A DNA stretch of 64,000 nt from a virus. Within the stretch, counting starts at the first letter, position 1, and each line of letters starts with the position of its first letter. The position numbers and the translations under genes were made by a program. Shown here piece after piece: positions 16,737 to 28,000 of the stretch. Below the pieces are notes generated by a model. That model saw only the letters and a list, made by a program, of their open reading frames with translations. It ran no database searches and was not told the origin of the DNA. The DNA is taken from positions 1 to 64,000 of IMG/VR virus record IMGVR_UViG_3300033182_000157, one strand, 5' to 3'.

Positions 16737-17041
16737 TGGCAGTAGAATATAAAGATTCAAGTCCTTGGGGAAGAACACCTTTCAATACTGACGGACACTT
16801 AGGCATTTTTAAAATTCGCCCAGTGCCGGCAGAAGATGATGATTTCTTATATGAAATTGAACCTCAGTACATTTATAGACCAGATTTGTTGTCATACGAC
16901 ATTTACGGTACCCCAAAATTATGGTGGGTATTTCAGCAACGTAATATGGATACACTTCAAGATCCTGTTTTTGATTTTACGCCAGGAGTAAAGATTTATT
17001 TGCCAAAAAAAGATAATTTACTGCAAGTATTAGGAGTATAA
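16736..17041 (+). CDS. gp53: Baseplate wedge subunit gp53-like (LysM-type)
   Basis: YRPDLLSYDIYGTPKLWWVF..RN...DP..DF.PG..IYLP. Confidence 0.85.
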   Translation: MAVEYKDSSPWGRTPFNTDGHLGIFKIRPVPAEDDDFLYEIEPQYIYRPDLLSYDIYGTPKLWWVFQQRNMDTLQDPVFDFTPGVKIYLPKKDNLLQVLGV

Positions 17042-17044
17042 TCT

Positions 17045-19747
17045 ATGGCAAGACCAACGGTTGACACACTATTACATGGAATCAACAAAGTAGAGAACAG
17101 TTTATCTGATCTAAAGTCTGTTGGCTCTGTTAGTAATGCTGTTGAAACAGTTAAAAATGTTGCTAACCTTGCTAATAATATTAAAGCATCTACTGAGGCA
17201 CTAGTTACAGATGCTAAGTCTTTGCTTAACGGAAGTCTTACTGGTAAAGGTGCTCTAGTAAACTTTTTAAACGGCACTAATATTTTTTCAAGTGTTAGAC
17301 CTAATGTGTTACATCAGTTTAGAACATACAACTATATTTTTACGTTAAGTTGTTTAACTAAAGAAGAATTAAATGATCCGCTCGGATCGTATCGTTCTAA
17401 CCCTCCTAAAATTGTTGTTTGTCGTAGCGGCGGCGGCACAGCAAACAAAGTAAAAACAGTATACGAAGGTAAAGGGCATGTTGAGTACTTTATTGACAAT
17501 GTAGAATTAACAAATACAATGCAAAATACTAGGGGTGTTGGTTCAACATCTGCGCATAGTATTTTCTTTGACGTTACTGAACCATATAGTATGGGATTGT
17601 TTTTACAAACACTACATCTTGCTGCTCAACAAGCAGGATATACAAATTATCTTGAAGCACCATTTTTATTAAGTATTGAATTTGTTGGTAATGTTGATGA
17701 CGGGTCGATGCGTAGTATACCAGAATGCAAAAGGTATATTCCAATTAGACTTTACGAAGCAAAAATGAATGTAACAGAAGCAGGCACACGTTATGCTGTG
17801 CGAGCAAACCCTTACAATCATATAGCAACAACAGACCAAGTTAACAAAGCTAATCAGTCAATATCCTTTTCAGGAGAAACTGTACACGATGTTTTACAAA
17901 AAGGTGAAAACAGTTTACAAATTGCCTTAAACAAAAGATTTAGAACACAACGAGAACAGCAGCCTAATCTTGTAGTTGATGAAATTTTTATTGTACTACC
18001 AAAAGACCTTGCTGCTTCATCGCTAACCGGTAGTAAGTCGCCTGGCGACTCAGAAAAAACAGGTGATATTGATGCGGCAAAAGCCAGTCCTGGTGAATTA
18101 TTAAGTACATTAAAAAATGCCGCGAGTGTTGTTGACAATGCGGTAGGACAAGTTTCACAAAATTTATCTGCTTGGAGTACACAGGCACCAGCATTAGGAT
18201 CGATTTTTAACGACTTAGGAAGTATTACAGATATTTCAGCAGCAGCAATCGATACAGTTAGTGCTATACAAGATTTAGCAAGTGATAAAAAGTCAGTTCT
18301 TAGTAAAGCAATTGGAAAAATATCTGGAGCACCGGCACCTAAATCATTAGGCGAAGCAAAAAAGAAAAAAGCAGAAGCAACAGACGATATTAAAGAAAGA
18401 CAATCTGGTGCTAGTGATTTCTTAATTGGCGGTGTAAAGACAACACGTGAAGGCGAGTTTGGTAATCTTGTACAAGAAGATAGCACAGTAAATGCTATTG
18501 GTTTGGCCAAAATGGGATTTGACGTAACAAGTGCTGGCGCAGGCCCTTCACCTAAAGCAAACGAAGTGTACGATAAAGAAACTAAGACTATGAGCCGCGC
18601 CCAAGTTAGCATTGACCCTGGTAAACGAGAATTTAAGTTTCCAGCAGGATCAAAAATAACTGATATGATTGAAGAAGTTATAATAAACTCTGAATGGGGC
18701 AAAAAGTTTTTAGAACGTAAAGACGACAAAGGAATGATTGATTGGTTCTCAATAGATCCACAAGTGTTTATCAACCCAGGCAAGAATGATGCTGATCAAG
18801 GTCAAATGGGTAAAGTTTATGTATATCGTGTTATACCAGCAAAAGTACACTCAAGCATATTTAAAAAGCCAGGAGCAAAAGGCTTTGGATATAATAAGAT
18901 TGCTCCGTTAGTAAGAAAAAAATACGATTACATCTATACAGGTTTAAACAATGACATATTAGACTTTAACATTGAATATAACTTGGCATTTGTTAATGCT
19001 GTTCCTTCAGATATGGGTAATAATAGTGACGCTCCGTCTTCTATGAAAACAGTAGAAGATAAAGACGCAGTAGAATTATCCAAAGGGGAAGTATCAAACG
19101 ATCCGCAACAAGCAGTTCCTTCTGTACCAGAACACAAATTAAATGTTAAACAAGGCGGTGTAGCAGGCAACGAAACAACAGAAGTTAGAATTTCACGTTC
19201 ATTCCAAAATGCTCTTGTAAACAGTACTGCTGACTTAGTAGAAGTAGATTTAAGAATTGTAGGTGACCCTTATTTTATAAGTGATAGCGGAATGGGCAAT
19301 TATACTGCTGACTTAGGACCTGTTTCTACAGAGACAGCAGATGGCGCTGCTGATTATCAAAGAACTGAAATTGACATAATGCTTAATTTTAGAACGCCTT
19401 TAGATATTGGCGGCAAAGGCGGCTATTATGAAATGTTAGAAGATACTGTTCCTATTTCACCATTTAGTGGATTATACAAAGTAGTCGAAGTTAAGCATAC
19501 ATTTTCAGAAGGCGAGTTTAATCAAGAGTTACATTTAGTTAGAAGACTTGACCAAGACAAGGATCTTAGTAAGGCTGCTACTAAAAATAATGATTTGGTT
19601 ACTAAGACACAAAAACCAAACGAAGATGTTGTTCCTACAACTAACGAAGCATCGCAAGGCAAGCCTAAAACATCATCAAAGCCTACAGTTACTTCGGGAA
19701 CTGATACATCTAGTAGTATTTTTGGCGATGATCTAGGAGGAGCATAA
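17045..19747 (+). CDS. Baseplate hub protein (gp27/gpD-like) with helical insertions
   Basis: Lies between gp53 and gp5; DLRIVGDP and FSGLYKVVEVKHTFSEGEFNQELHLVR C-terminal hub motif. Confidence 0.7.
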   Translation: MARPTVDTLLHGINKVENSLSDLKSVGSVSNAVETVKNVANLANNIKASTEALVTDAKSLLNGSLTGKGALVNFLNGTNIFSSVRPNVLHQFRTYNYIFTLSCLTKEELNDPLGSYRSNPPKIVVCRSGGGTANKVKTVYEGKGHVEYFIDNVELTNTMQNTRGVGSTSAHSIFFDVTEPYSMGLFLQTLHLAAQQAGYTNYLEAPFLLSIEFVGNVDDGSMRSIPECKRYIPIRLYEAKMNVTEAGTRYAVRANPYNHIATTDQVNKANQSISFSGETVHDVLQKGENSLQIALNKRFRTQREQQPNLVVDEIFIVLPKDLAASSLTGSKSPGDSEKTGDIDAAKASPGELLSTLKNAASVVDNAVGQVSQNLSAWSTQAPALGSIFNDLGSITDISAAAIDTVSAIQDLASDKKSVLSKAIGKISGAPAPKSLGEAKKKKAEATDDIKERQSGASDFLIGGVKTTREGEFGNLVQEDSTVNAIGLAKMGFDVTSAGAGPSPKANEVYDKETKTMSRAQVSIDPGKREFKFPAGSKITDMIEEVIINSEWGKKFLERKDDKGMIDWFSIDPQVFINPGKNDADQGQMGKVYVYRVIPAKVHSSIFKKPGAKGFGYNKIAPLVRKKYDYIYTGLNNDILDFNIEYNLAFVNAVPSDMGNNSDAPSSMKTVEDKDAVELSKGEVSNDPQQAVPSVPEHKLNVKQGGVAGNETTEVRISRSFQNALVNSTADLVEVDLRIVGDPYFISDSGMGNYTADLGPVSTETADGAADYQRTEIDIMLNFRTPLDIGGKGGYYEMLEDTVPISPFSGLYKVVEVKHTFSEGEFNQELHLVRRLDQDKDLSKAATKNNDLVTKTQKPNEDVVPTTNEASQGKPKTSSKPTVTSGTDTSSSIFGDDLGGA

Positions 19748-19750
19748 TAA

Positions 19751-21100
19751 GTGGCAGAAATTAGACGTAGTCCATATCAAGCAAGTTTTCCAAAAGACGC
19801 AGGTCCTTATAGAGCAACTGTGATTAAACATCTTGATGGCGGCTATATGGGACGCTTAAGAGTTAGTTTACGTAAAACTACAGAAGCAGGTGATCCTTTA
19901 GGTAATGAAGAAGCAGCATACGATGTTGCTTATCTAAGTCCTTTCTACGGAACAACAGGTGGCAAGCAATACTTGTCAAAAAATAAAGATTACAACAGCA
20001 CACAAAAAGCATATGGCTTTTGGATGGTACCACCTGATGTTGGCACAGATGTTCTTGTAATTTTTACAGAAGGTGTTAAAAAAGAAGGTTTTTGGATTGG
20101 TTGTATTCAGTCTGAATATATTAACATGACAGTACCAGGCGTTGCTCCAGCAACTGACACTCGTTGGAAAGAAAATGAGCCCGGCGATATTACAGGTAAG
20201 CGTTTGCCATCAGGTGAAATTAACACACTGTTAGAAGATAATAAACCTAACTCAGATCCAACAAAAATTAAACGTCCTTATCATCCACATCAAACAGCAT
20301 TTTTAAAAGAACAAGGGTTGCTAGATGACTGGGTACGTGGCACAACAACTTCTAGTGCTAGACGTGATATGCCAAGTATGGTATTTGGTATTTCAACTCC
20401 GGGTCCTATTGATAAATCAGACGGTGCTCCCAAAGGTAGATATGGATCAAATACAGACGCAGTTTTAAAACCAGTTAGTAGATTAGGTGGTACTAGTTTT
20501 GTAATGGATGACGGTGACGAAACACTTGTAAGAAAAGCACCAGCAAGTGAAGCACCGCCAGAATACGATGTAAAAAGTGATTATAATTTACCTCACAACG
20601 AACTTGTAAGAATACGTACTAGAACAGGCCATCAGATATTATTACACAATACAGAAGATTTGATTTATATTGGTAATGCTAGAGGCACTACTTGGGTTGA
20701 ACTAACATCTAACGGTAAGATAGACATTTATGCTAAAGACAGCATTAGTATGCATACAGAAAACGATTTAAACATTACTGCTGGCAGAGATATTAATCTA
20801 AAAGCAGGCGGAAATGTAAACACAAATGCTGGCGCAAGTATACTAGAAACATCAGTAGGAACTAACGAAACTAAAGCAGGTGGAAATATTGTTGAAACTG
20901 CTCCTAATATTCATATGAATGGACCAGAAGCAACTGAAGCACCGCAACCGCACAGAGTACCGCAACACGAACCGTGGAGCGGGCACGAAAACTTAAACCC
21001 AGCAGGACATACTCCTGATAAAACACAAGGAACTACTACACCAAAACCAGAAGAAGGAGAGTTACCAATTATCCCAGACACGTTTAGAAAGGGTGTATAA
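19751..21100 (+). CDS. gp5: Baseplate central spike, gp5-like (OB-fold + beta-helix, no lysozyme)
   Basis: MGRLRV, YGFWMVPPDVGTDVLVIF..GFWIGC, RTRTGHQILLH, beta-helix repeats, IHMNG. Confidence 0.8.
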   Translation: MAEIRRSPYQASFPKDAGPYRATVIKHLDGGYMGRLRVSLRKTTEAGDPLGNEEAAYDVAYLSPFYGTTGGKQYLSKNKDYNSTQKAYGFWMVPPDVGTDVLVIFTEGVKKEGFWIGCIQSEYINMTVPGVAPATDTRWKENEPGDITGKRLPSGEINTLLEDNKPNSDPTKIKRPYHPHQTAFLKEQGLLDDWVRGTTTSSARRDMPSMVFGISTPGPIDKSDGAPKGRYGSNTDAVLKPVSRLGGTSFVMDDGDETLVRKAPASEAPPEYDVKSDYNLPHNELVRIRTRTGHQILLHNTEDLIYIGNARGTTWVELTSNGKIDIYAKDSISMHTENDLNITAGRDINLKAGGNVNTNAGASILETSVGTNETKAGGNIVETAPNIHMNGPEATEAPQPHRVPQHEPWSGHENLNPAGHTPDKTQGTTTPKPEEGELPIIPDTFRKGV

Positions 21101-21107
21101 AACAAGG

Positions 21108-21113
21108 TAAATA
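21108..21113 (+). promoter_or_regulatory. Late promoter TAAATA, probably leaderless
   Basis: TAAATA-TTGTT-ATG (ATG at 21119). Confidence 0.65.
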
Positions 21114-21118
21114 TTGTT

Positions 21119-21556
21119 ATGGCTAAGAGACTTTACAAAGACGTTGTTGTCAAATCAAATAAAGTACAAGAAGACCCTGTAGTTAGCAAAGCATACAGGG
21201 GGTTATCTACTGTCGGCAGACGTTCAGGTGAAACAACAGTCTACGACTTGGCCTTAATTAAACAAGATTTGCTAAACAACTTTCATATCCGTCAAGGCGA
21301 AAAATTAGAAAATCCAGAATTTGGAACAATTATTTGGGACGTTTTGTTTGAACCTTTAACAGACGAAGTAAAGGAAGTTATAGCAGAAAATGTTACTGAG
21401 ATTATTAACTATGATCCAAGAATACAGGTAGAAAGTGTAGTCGTTGACGAATACGAATCAGGCATTATTATTGAGTGCGAATTAAAATACTTGCCATACA
21501 ACATTGTAGAGCAGTTAGTTTTTAGATTCGACGAAGATAACGGATTACTGAATTAA
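21119..21556 (+). CDS. gp25: Baseplate wedge subunit gp25-like
   Basis: LIKQDLLNNFHIRQGEKLENPEFGTIIWDVLFEP...YDPRI. Confidence 0.9.
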   Translation: MAKRLYKDVVVKSNKVQEDPVVSKAYRGLSTVGRRSGETTVYDLALIKQDLLNNFHIRQGEKLENPEFGTIIWDVLFEPLTDEVKEVIAENVTEIINYDPRIQVESVVVDEYESGIIIECELKYLPYNIVEQLVFRFDEDNGLLN

Positions 21557-21578
21557 CTACGCACTTTTCTCAATCAAA

Positions 21579-21584
21579 TAAATA
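21579..21584 (+). promoter_or_regulatory. Late promoter TAAATA
   Basis: In the intergenic gap upstream of gp6. Confidence 0.6.
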
Positions 21585-21614
21585 CTATTAAGAAAATGGC
21601 AAGGTACCAATAAT

Positions 21615-24600
21615 ATGTCAACTACGAACAGACAAAACAGATTATTAGTTGCTGAAGATTGGAAGAGAATCTATCAGAGCTACCAAAACGCAGACTTTAA
21701 GTCATACGACTTCGACAATTTAAGAAGGGCGATGATTAACTATTTGCGTCAAAACTATCCAGAAGATTTTAACGATTACATTGAAAGTTCAGAATACCTT
21801 GCTCTTATTGATCTTATTGCTTTCTTAGGTCAAAACATTTCTTTCCGTGTTGACTTAAACGCTCGTGAAAACTTTTTAGAATTAGCAGAACGTAGAGATT
21901 CAGTACTACGTATTGCTCGTATGTTGTCATACAATCCTAAGCGTAATAAAGCAGCAAACGGATTGCTACGTTTAGAAACTGTACAAACTACAGAAACTGT
22001 ATATGATAGTAATGGCACAAATTTAAGTAATGTTACAGTAGAATGGAACGATAGTTCAAACCCAGACTGGTACGAGCAGTTTACTAAAGTTCTTAATGCT
22101 GCCTTTACAAAGCGTAATCAAATTGGTTCGCCAATACAACAAGAAAATATTAACAATGTTGCTACAAGTGTTTATAAAGTAAATGCTAATTCAAACAGTG
22201 TGCCTAACTATAGTTTTTCTAAAAACGTAGACGGTAAAAACTTAGCATTTGAGGTTGTAAGTTCAAGAATTACAGACGGAGAAATTTTTGAAGAAACTCC
22301 GTTGCCAGGAAACAATCTAAGTATTCTTTACAGAGACGACGGCGCAGGCGCAGGAAGTGCTAATACAGGATTCTTTGTACACTTCCGCCAAGGCACATTA
22401 CAAACAGCAGATTTTTCAATTACTAATCCAAGTAATAACCAAGTAGTTGCTCTTGATGTTGAAAACATTAACAACGATGATTTATGGTTATATCAACTTG
22501 ATTCAAATGGCAGCGAACAAAGTCTATGGACTAAGGTAGATGCTATTGAAGGTAATAATGTTGTTTACAACTCAATTAACAAAAATATTAGAAACATTTA
22601 CTTTCCACAAACAAGAGTTGGTGATAGAGTAAACTTAGTATTCAGTGACGGCGTGTTCGGTAACTTGCCTAAAGGCAATTTTAGAAGTTACTACAGAACT
22701 TCTACAAATGCTTCATATACTATTGCTCCTAAAAACATACAAAATGTAAGTGTACAAATTCAGTATGTAAGTGGAATTGGTAAAATTGAAACAGTAACAC
22801 TAAACTTATCGTTAACTACTACAATTAATAACAGTTCAGTATCTGAAGATAACGAAACTATTAAAACAAATGCTCCAGCGTTATATTACACACAGGGTAG
22901 AATGATTACTGCTGAAGATTATAACGTTGCTCCATTAGCATCAAGTCAAGATATTATTAAAGTAAAAAGTGTAAACAGAACAACAAGTGGTTTTTCAAGA
23001 TACTTTGATTTAATTGATGCTACAGGAAAATATTCTAACACTAATATTTTTGCTACAGACGGTGTTGTATACAGAGAAGAATTTAATGAAAAGATTAATT
23101 TTAGTTTTACTAATAGAACAGAAGTAGAAGATGTAGTATATAATCAAATTGTTCCTATTATTCGTAACAAGAAAACTAGAAACTATTTTTATAAAAACTT
23201 CCCACAAGTTGATATGTCAACATACGATTCAAAGTTTATTAACATAACTGCTGAAACAAACTTGTGTACAGGTTATTTCCAAGATATTAACTTTGGATCA
23301 CCATTTGATGTAGGTCCAATATATGCTACTGGTAACTTTAAATATATTCAACCAGGCGCAATGTGTAAATTTATTGCTCCGGAAGGGTATCACTTTATGT
23401 TAGATCGCAATAACGAACTAATGGCAGGTGAGCCAAATCATCCAGAAGCATCAACATACAAATGGGTTAAAGTTATTAGCGTTGTCGGAGACGGTAAAGG
23501 TAATCTTGAAGGTGTTGATTATACAGGCGTTGTTGATAATGAAGGTACTATTAAGTTTAACGACAATATTCCAACAGGCGCAAAAATTGAAAAGATTGTA
23601 CCTAAGTTTTCACAAGGGTTATTAGATGAAGTTTCTACAAGAGTAGTTGACTTAATCTTTGCTTATAAAAACTTTGGTTTAAGATACGATCAAAATTCTG
23701 CTACTTGGAAAATTATTTTAGAAGATAACTTAAACACAGTTAACGAATTTAGTTTAGGTAAAGCAGGCGACAACACAAATCAAAACTTAGATTCTAGTTG
23801 GTTAATACTTTTTGAAAACAACGGCGAAGTATACACTGTAACTTATAGAAATTTACGTTACATTTTTGAAAGTAAAAAACAAGTACGCTTCTTCTACGAC
23901 AGTTCAGATAAGGTATATGACAGTTCAACAGGAAAAGTAGTTAAAGATCAAATTAAAGTTTTAAACATTAACAACAAGCCGGATCAAACAATTCCATTTA
24001 CTACAGATTATGCTTGGGAAATTATTGCTGAATATAAAGAACCTACGGGTTATATTGATACTAAAAAGATTGAAGTAACTTTTGCTGACTCTGACGATGA
24101 CGGCGTAGTAGACGATCCAGATATCTTTAAACAACTTGTAGCACCAGATACTAATATTATAGAAAAATATATTGTTCAACGTTTAGCAAATAACTTAGAT
24201 AATGTTGAAGAATGGGGATATGTTGATTTTAGTATAGATAATATTTTAACAACTAAGCCAAATACTACTGACGGATTGCCTGAAGGTACTGTAACGGGCG
24301 ATTTGTTTTATATTATAGATACTAATACATTTGAAACTATTAATATGTCTAACGGAAAGTGGTCCATCAACAATAGTTATAGAGCGTTTGTTGGTAGAGA
24401 TGACATGAAGTTCCAATATATTCACTCTGCTGATTATAATCAAAGAATTGACCCAAGTGCTAGTAACATTATTGATGTTTATATGTTAACAAGAAACTAC
24501 GATACAGAGTTTACTAAATGGATTAAAGGTATTAGAACAACCAAACCTTTACCTCCTAGCACAAACCAAATGTATTTTGACTACGGAAAACAACTAGATA

Positions 24601-25088
24601 GTATTAAAAGTTTAAGTGATGAAATTGTTTATCATCCTGTAAGTTACAAAGTATTATTTGGTAGTAAAGCAGATTCAGAGTTACAAGCAAAAGTTAAGAT
24701 TGTAAAAAACAAAGAAGTTGTTATTAGTGACAATGACATTAAGACTAGAGTTATTACTGCTATTGACGAGTTTTTTGATATAGAAAACTGGGACTTTGGC
24801 GACACTTTTTATTGGAGTGAACTAAGTGCTTATATTACATACAACTTAGCACCTGATATTGTTAGTATTGTTATTGTACCAGAAGATGCTAATTCGTCAT
24901 TTGGATCGTTATTCCAAATTAATAGCGAAGGTAACGAAATCTTTAAGAGTGGCGCAACAGTTAATGATGTTGAAATCATTGACGAATTAACTGCTACAAA
25001 ACTAAAAGCACAAGGTTACATTACATATAATTCAAGTGACCTTACTACAATTACTACAGCAGATTTTAACGGAGGAAGTAGTCAATAA
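21615..25088 (+). CDS. gp6: Baseplate wedge subunit gp6-like
   Basis: DFDNLR, FNDYIESS, ENFLELAERRDSVLRIARMLSYNPKR, FSDGVFGNLP, IKTNAP..YYTQGRMITAEDY. Confidence 0.9.
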   Translation: MSTTNRQNRLLVAEDWKRIYQSYQNADFKSYDFDNLRRAMINYLRQNYPEDFNDYIESSEYLALIDLIAFLGQNISFRVDLNARENFLELAERRDSVLRIARMLSYNPKRNKAANGLLRLETVQTTETVYDSNGTNLSNVTVEWNDSSNPDWYEQFTKVLNAAFTKRNQIGSPIQQENINNVATSVYKVNANSNSVPNYSFSKNVDGKNLAFEVVSSRITDGEIFEETPLPGNNLSILYRDDGAGAGSANTGFFVHFRQGTLQTADFSITNPSNNQVVALDVENINNDDLWLYQLDSNGSEQSLWTKVDAIEGNNVVYNSINKNIRNIYFPQTRVGDRVNLVFSDGVFGNLPKGNFRSYYRTSTNASYTIAPKNIQNVSVQIQYVSGIGKIETVTLNLSLTTTINNSSVSEDNETIKTNAPALYYTQGRMITAEDYNVAPLASSQDIIKVKSVNRTTSGFSRYFDLIDATGKYSNTNIFATDGVVYREEFNEKINFSFTNRTEVEDVVYNQIVPIIRNKKTRNYFYKNFPQVDMSTYDSKFINITAETNLCTGYFQDINFGSPFDVGPIYATGNFKYIQPGAMCKFIAPEGYHFMLDRNNELMAGEPNHPEASTYKWVKVISVVGDGKGNLEGVDYTGVVDNEGTIKFNDNIPTGAKIEKIVPKFSQGLLDEVSTRVVDLIFAYKNFGLRYDQNSATWKIILEDNLNTVNEFSLGKAGDNTNQNLDSSWLILFENNGEVYTVTYRNLRYIFESKKQVRFFYDSSDKVYDSSTGKVVKDQIKVLNINNKPDQTIPFTTDYAWEIIAEYKEPTGYIDTKKIEVTFADSDDDGVVDDPDIFKQLVAPDTNIIEKYIVQRLANNLDNVEEWGYVDFSIDNILTTKPNTTDGLPEGTVTGDLFYIIDTNTFETINMSNGKWSINNSYRAFVGRDDMKFQYIHSADYNQRIDPSASNIIDVYMLTRNYDTEFTKWIKGIRTTKPLPPSTNQMYFDYGKQLDSIKSLSDEIVYHPVSYKVLFGSKADSELQAKVKIVKNKEVVISDNDIKTRVITAIDEFFDIENWDFGDTFYWSELSAYITYNLAPDIVSIVIVPEDANSSFGSLFQINSEGNEIFKSGATVNDVEIIDELTATKLKAQGYITYNSSDLTTITTADFNGGSSQ

Positions 25089-28000
25089 TGGCTGATCAAG
25101 AAGAAATCAATTTGCCAGGTGGCGGCGAATCTAAAAAGACTTCAGCGGACTTACTGCCTAAGTATTTTAGAACTAACACAAACAAGAAGTTTCTATCAGC
25201 AACACTAGATCCTTTAATTCAGGACGGTGTTATTGAAAAACTTAACGGCTTTGTTGGACGTAAAACAAGTAAGGCACATACAGCAACAGATAGTTATATT
25301 CCAGACGTAACAAAAGAGCGTCAAGATTATCAACTTGAACCAGCAACAGTTGTAAAAGATTACAATGACAATGTGTTATTCTACAAAGATTATAATGATT
25401 ATATTAACCAAATTGGAGTGTTTGGCGGCAACACAGCAAACCATAGTCGCTTAAATGCTCAAGAATATTATTCATGGGATCCAAGAGTTGATTGGGACAA
25501 ACTAGTAAACTATCGTGAGTATTACTGGTTATCCGCAGGCCCCGTCGCAATTGACATTGCTGGACAAGAAAAAGGTATTACATCAACATATACTGTTGAC
25601 TTAGTTGACGATGCCGGAGATCTTGCTTACGTTTTAAATCCTGATGGATTAACTCGTAACCCTACAATTAAGTTGTACAGAGGGCAAACTTATAAGTTTG
25701 AAGTAACTTCGGTTGACAACCCGTTTTTCATTAAAACTAGAAGAACAAAAAATGGTGCTATCTACGAAGAAGGTGTAGAAAATAATGGTATTGAAGAAGG
25801 TGTAGTAACACTTACTATTACACAAAATACTCCAGATATACTTTATTATATGAGTGACACTGACTTGGCACTTAGTGGTGTAATTCAAGTTATGTCTATT
25901 GAAGAAAATACTGAAATAGATGTTGAAAGTGAAATTGTAGGTAAAAAGTCATATCAACTTAAAAGCGGCGATTACCTTTCAAATGGAATGAAGATAAACT
26001 TTTTAGGCGATGTTAGTCCTGAAAAGTATGCTAGTGGTAACTGGTATGTTGAAGGTGTAGGAAAAAGTATTACACTTGTAAGCGAACAAGATTTAGAAGT
26101 ACCGTATAAAAGTCAAATACTAGAAGAACTACAGTTTGACACAACAGCATTTGACTCATCACCATTTGACCAATTATCAGAAAAAGACAAAGATTATATC
26201 ACTATTAATCGTGCTGCTCTTGACGGTAACCAATGGAGTAGAGCAAACAGATGGTTCCATAAAGATGTAATTGAAACTAGTTATAGAATTTCTGGCATTA
26301 CATCAGTACTAGATCAAACTACTAGAGCTAACAGACCTATTGTTGAATTTATTCCTGGAATTAAATTACTTAATAACGGTTTCCGTAAAATTTCTGATGT
26401 AGACTTAGTTGATACATTTACAACTAATATTATGGCAGAAATTGAAGGTAGTATTGGTTACTTTGTTGACAATGTAGAATTACTTAGTGGTATGCGTGTA
26501 ATCTTTACAGAAGATACTGATTCGCTAGTTAAGGGAAAAATTTACGAAGTTAAATCTATTAGATTTGACAATGAAAAAATTATTAGTTTAATAGAAGTTG
26601 ACACAGCACAAGAAGGCGATACTGTTGTTGTAAAAAGCGGAAAAGACAACACAGGAACACAGTTTTACTTTAACGGAACTACATGGACTAAAGCGCAACA
26701 AAAACTAGGAACAAACCAGACACCTCTTTTTGAACTATTTGACAAAGACGGTGTAAGTCTTACAGATACAACAAAATACGGAGCAACAGAATTTGCTGGT
26801 AACAAAGTATTTTCGTATAAAGAAGGCACTGGAGCCAACGACACAGTTTTAGGTTTTCCTTTAACATATCTAAACATAAACAACATTGGTGATATTGTAT
26901 TTGAATGTGACCTTATTGTTAAATCTTACAATTATGTTACTAACGAGCAAAAGTTTACCATAGATGCTGAAGATACTTTTATTCACGTATATAATAAATT
27001 CTTTGAATGGAGTCCGCATAGTGCGTGGGAAAAAGCAATATCTAAATCAAAGCAATTAGTTGTAAAAAACTATGTTGCTGATTTAATAAGAAACGATTTT
27101 GAAATTGACGTTTACAATCGTGCTGGTGATTTAACAGACGTAAAAACTTATGTTTACGTAAACGACATACTACAAGTTATAGACGAAGATTATACTCTTT
27201 ATACTAATAACTCTCGTTTGTTTATACGTTTTACAAACGATCTACAAGACAACGATACAATTATTGTAAAAACAGAAAGTTCAGCAAGTAAAAATAATAA
27301 TGGATATTATGAGTTTCCGTTAAACATGCAGAACAATCCTTCTAACGAAAATCCTGATAAAATTACACTAGGTCAATTAACTAACCATGTAGAGTCAATT
27401 ACAACATTCCATCCGGACTTAATTGGTACGTTCCCAGGCAGATCAAATTTAAGAGATTTGCCTAAGCAAAGTGCTTATGGTACAAGATATGTAAAACACT
27501 CTGGACCGTTAAATATTGGATTATACCACATTACTGACAAAGCCACAAACATTGTTAAAGCAATAGACTTTGCGTCAAGAGAATACACTAAGTTTAAGAA
27601 AACATTTATTGATTTAGTGTCAACTGCTGAACTTGAAGATGATGTTGCTCAAGATGTAGATAATATCTTACAAGCAATGATGGAAGATAAGAAAACTTCT
27701 GATCCATTTTATAATAGTGGCATGGTACCATTTAGAGCATATAATGAAATTGAGCATACTGTTATTGATCCAGAATTTTTATTATACGGTATTACAGAAA
27801 CTTACGATAACTCATTACATCAAGATAAAGCAATATTAGTATATGTGAATGGTGTACAACTTGTACATGAACAAGACTATGTTTTTTCTAACGACAACTT
27901 TGTATCAATTACAAAAACAGTAGAAGTAGGCGACAAAATAATTATCAGAGAATACGATACTTTAATAGGTAACTACATTCCGCCTACTCCATCAAAGTTA

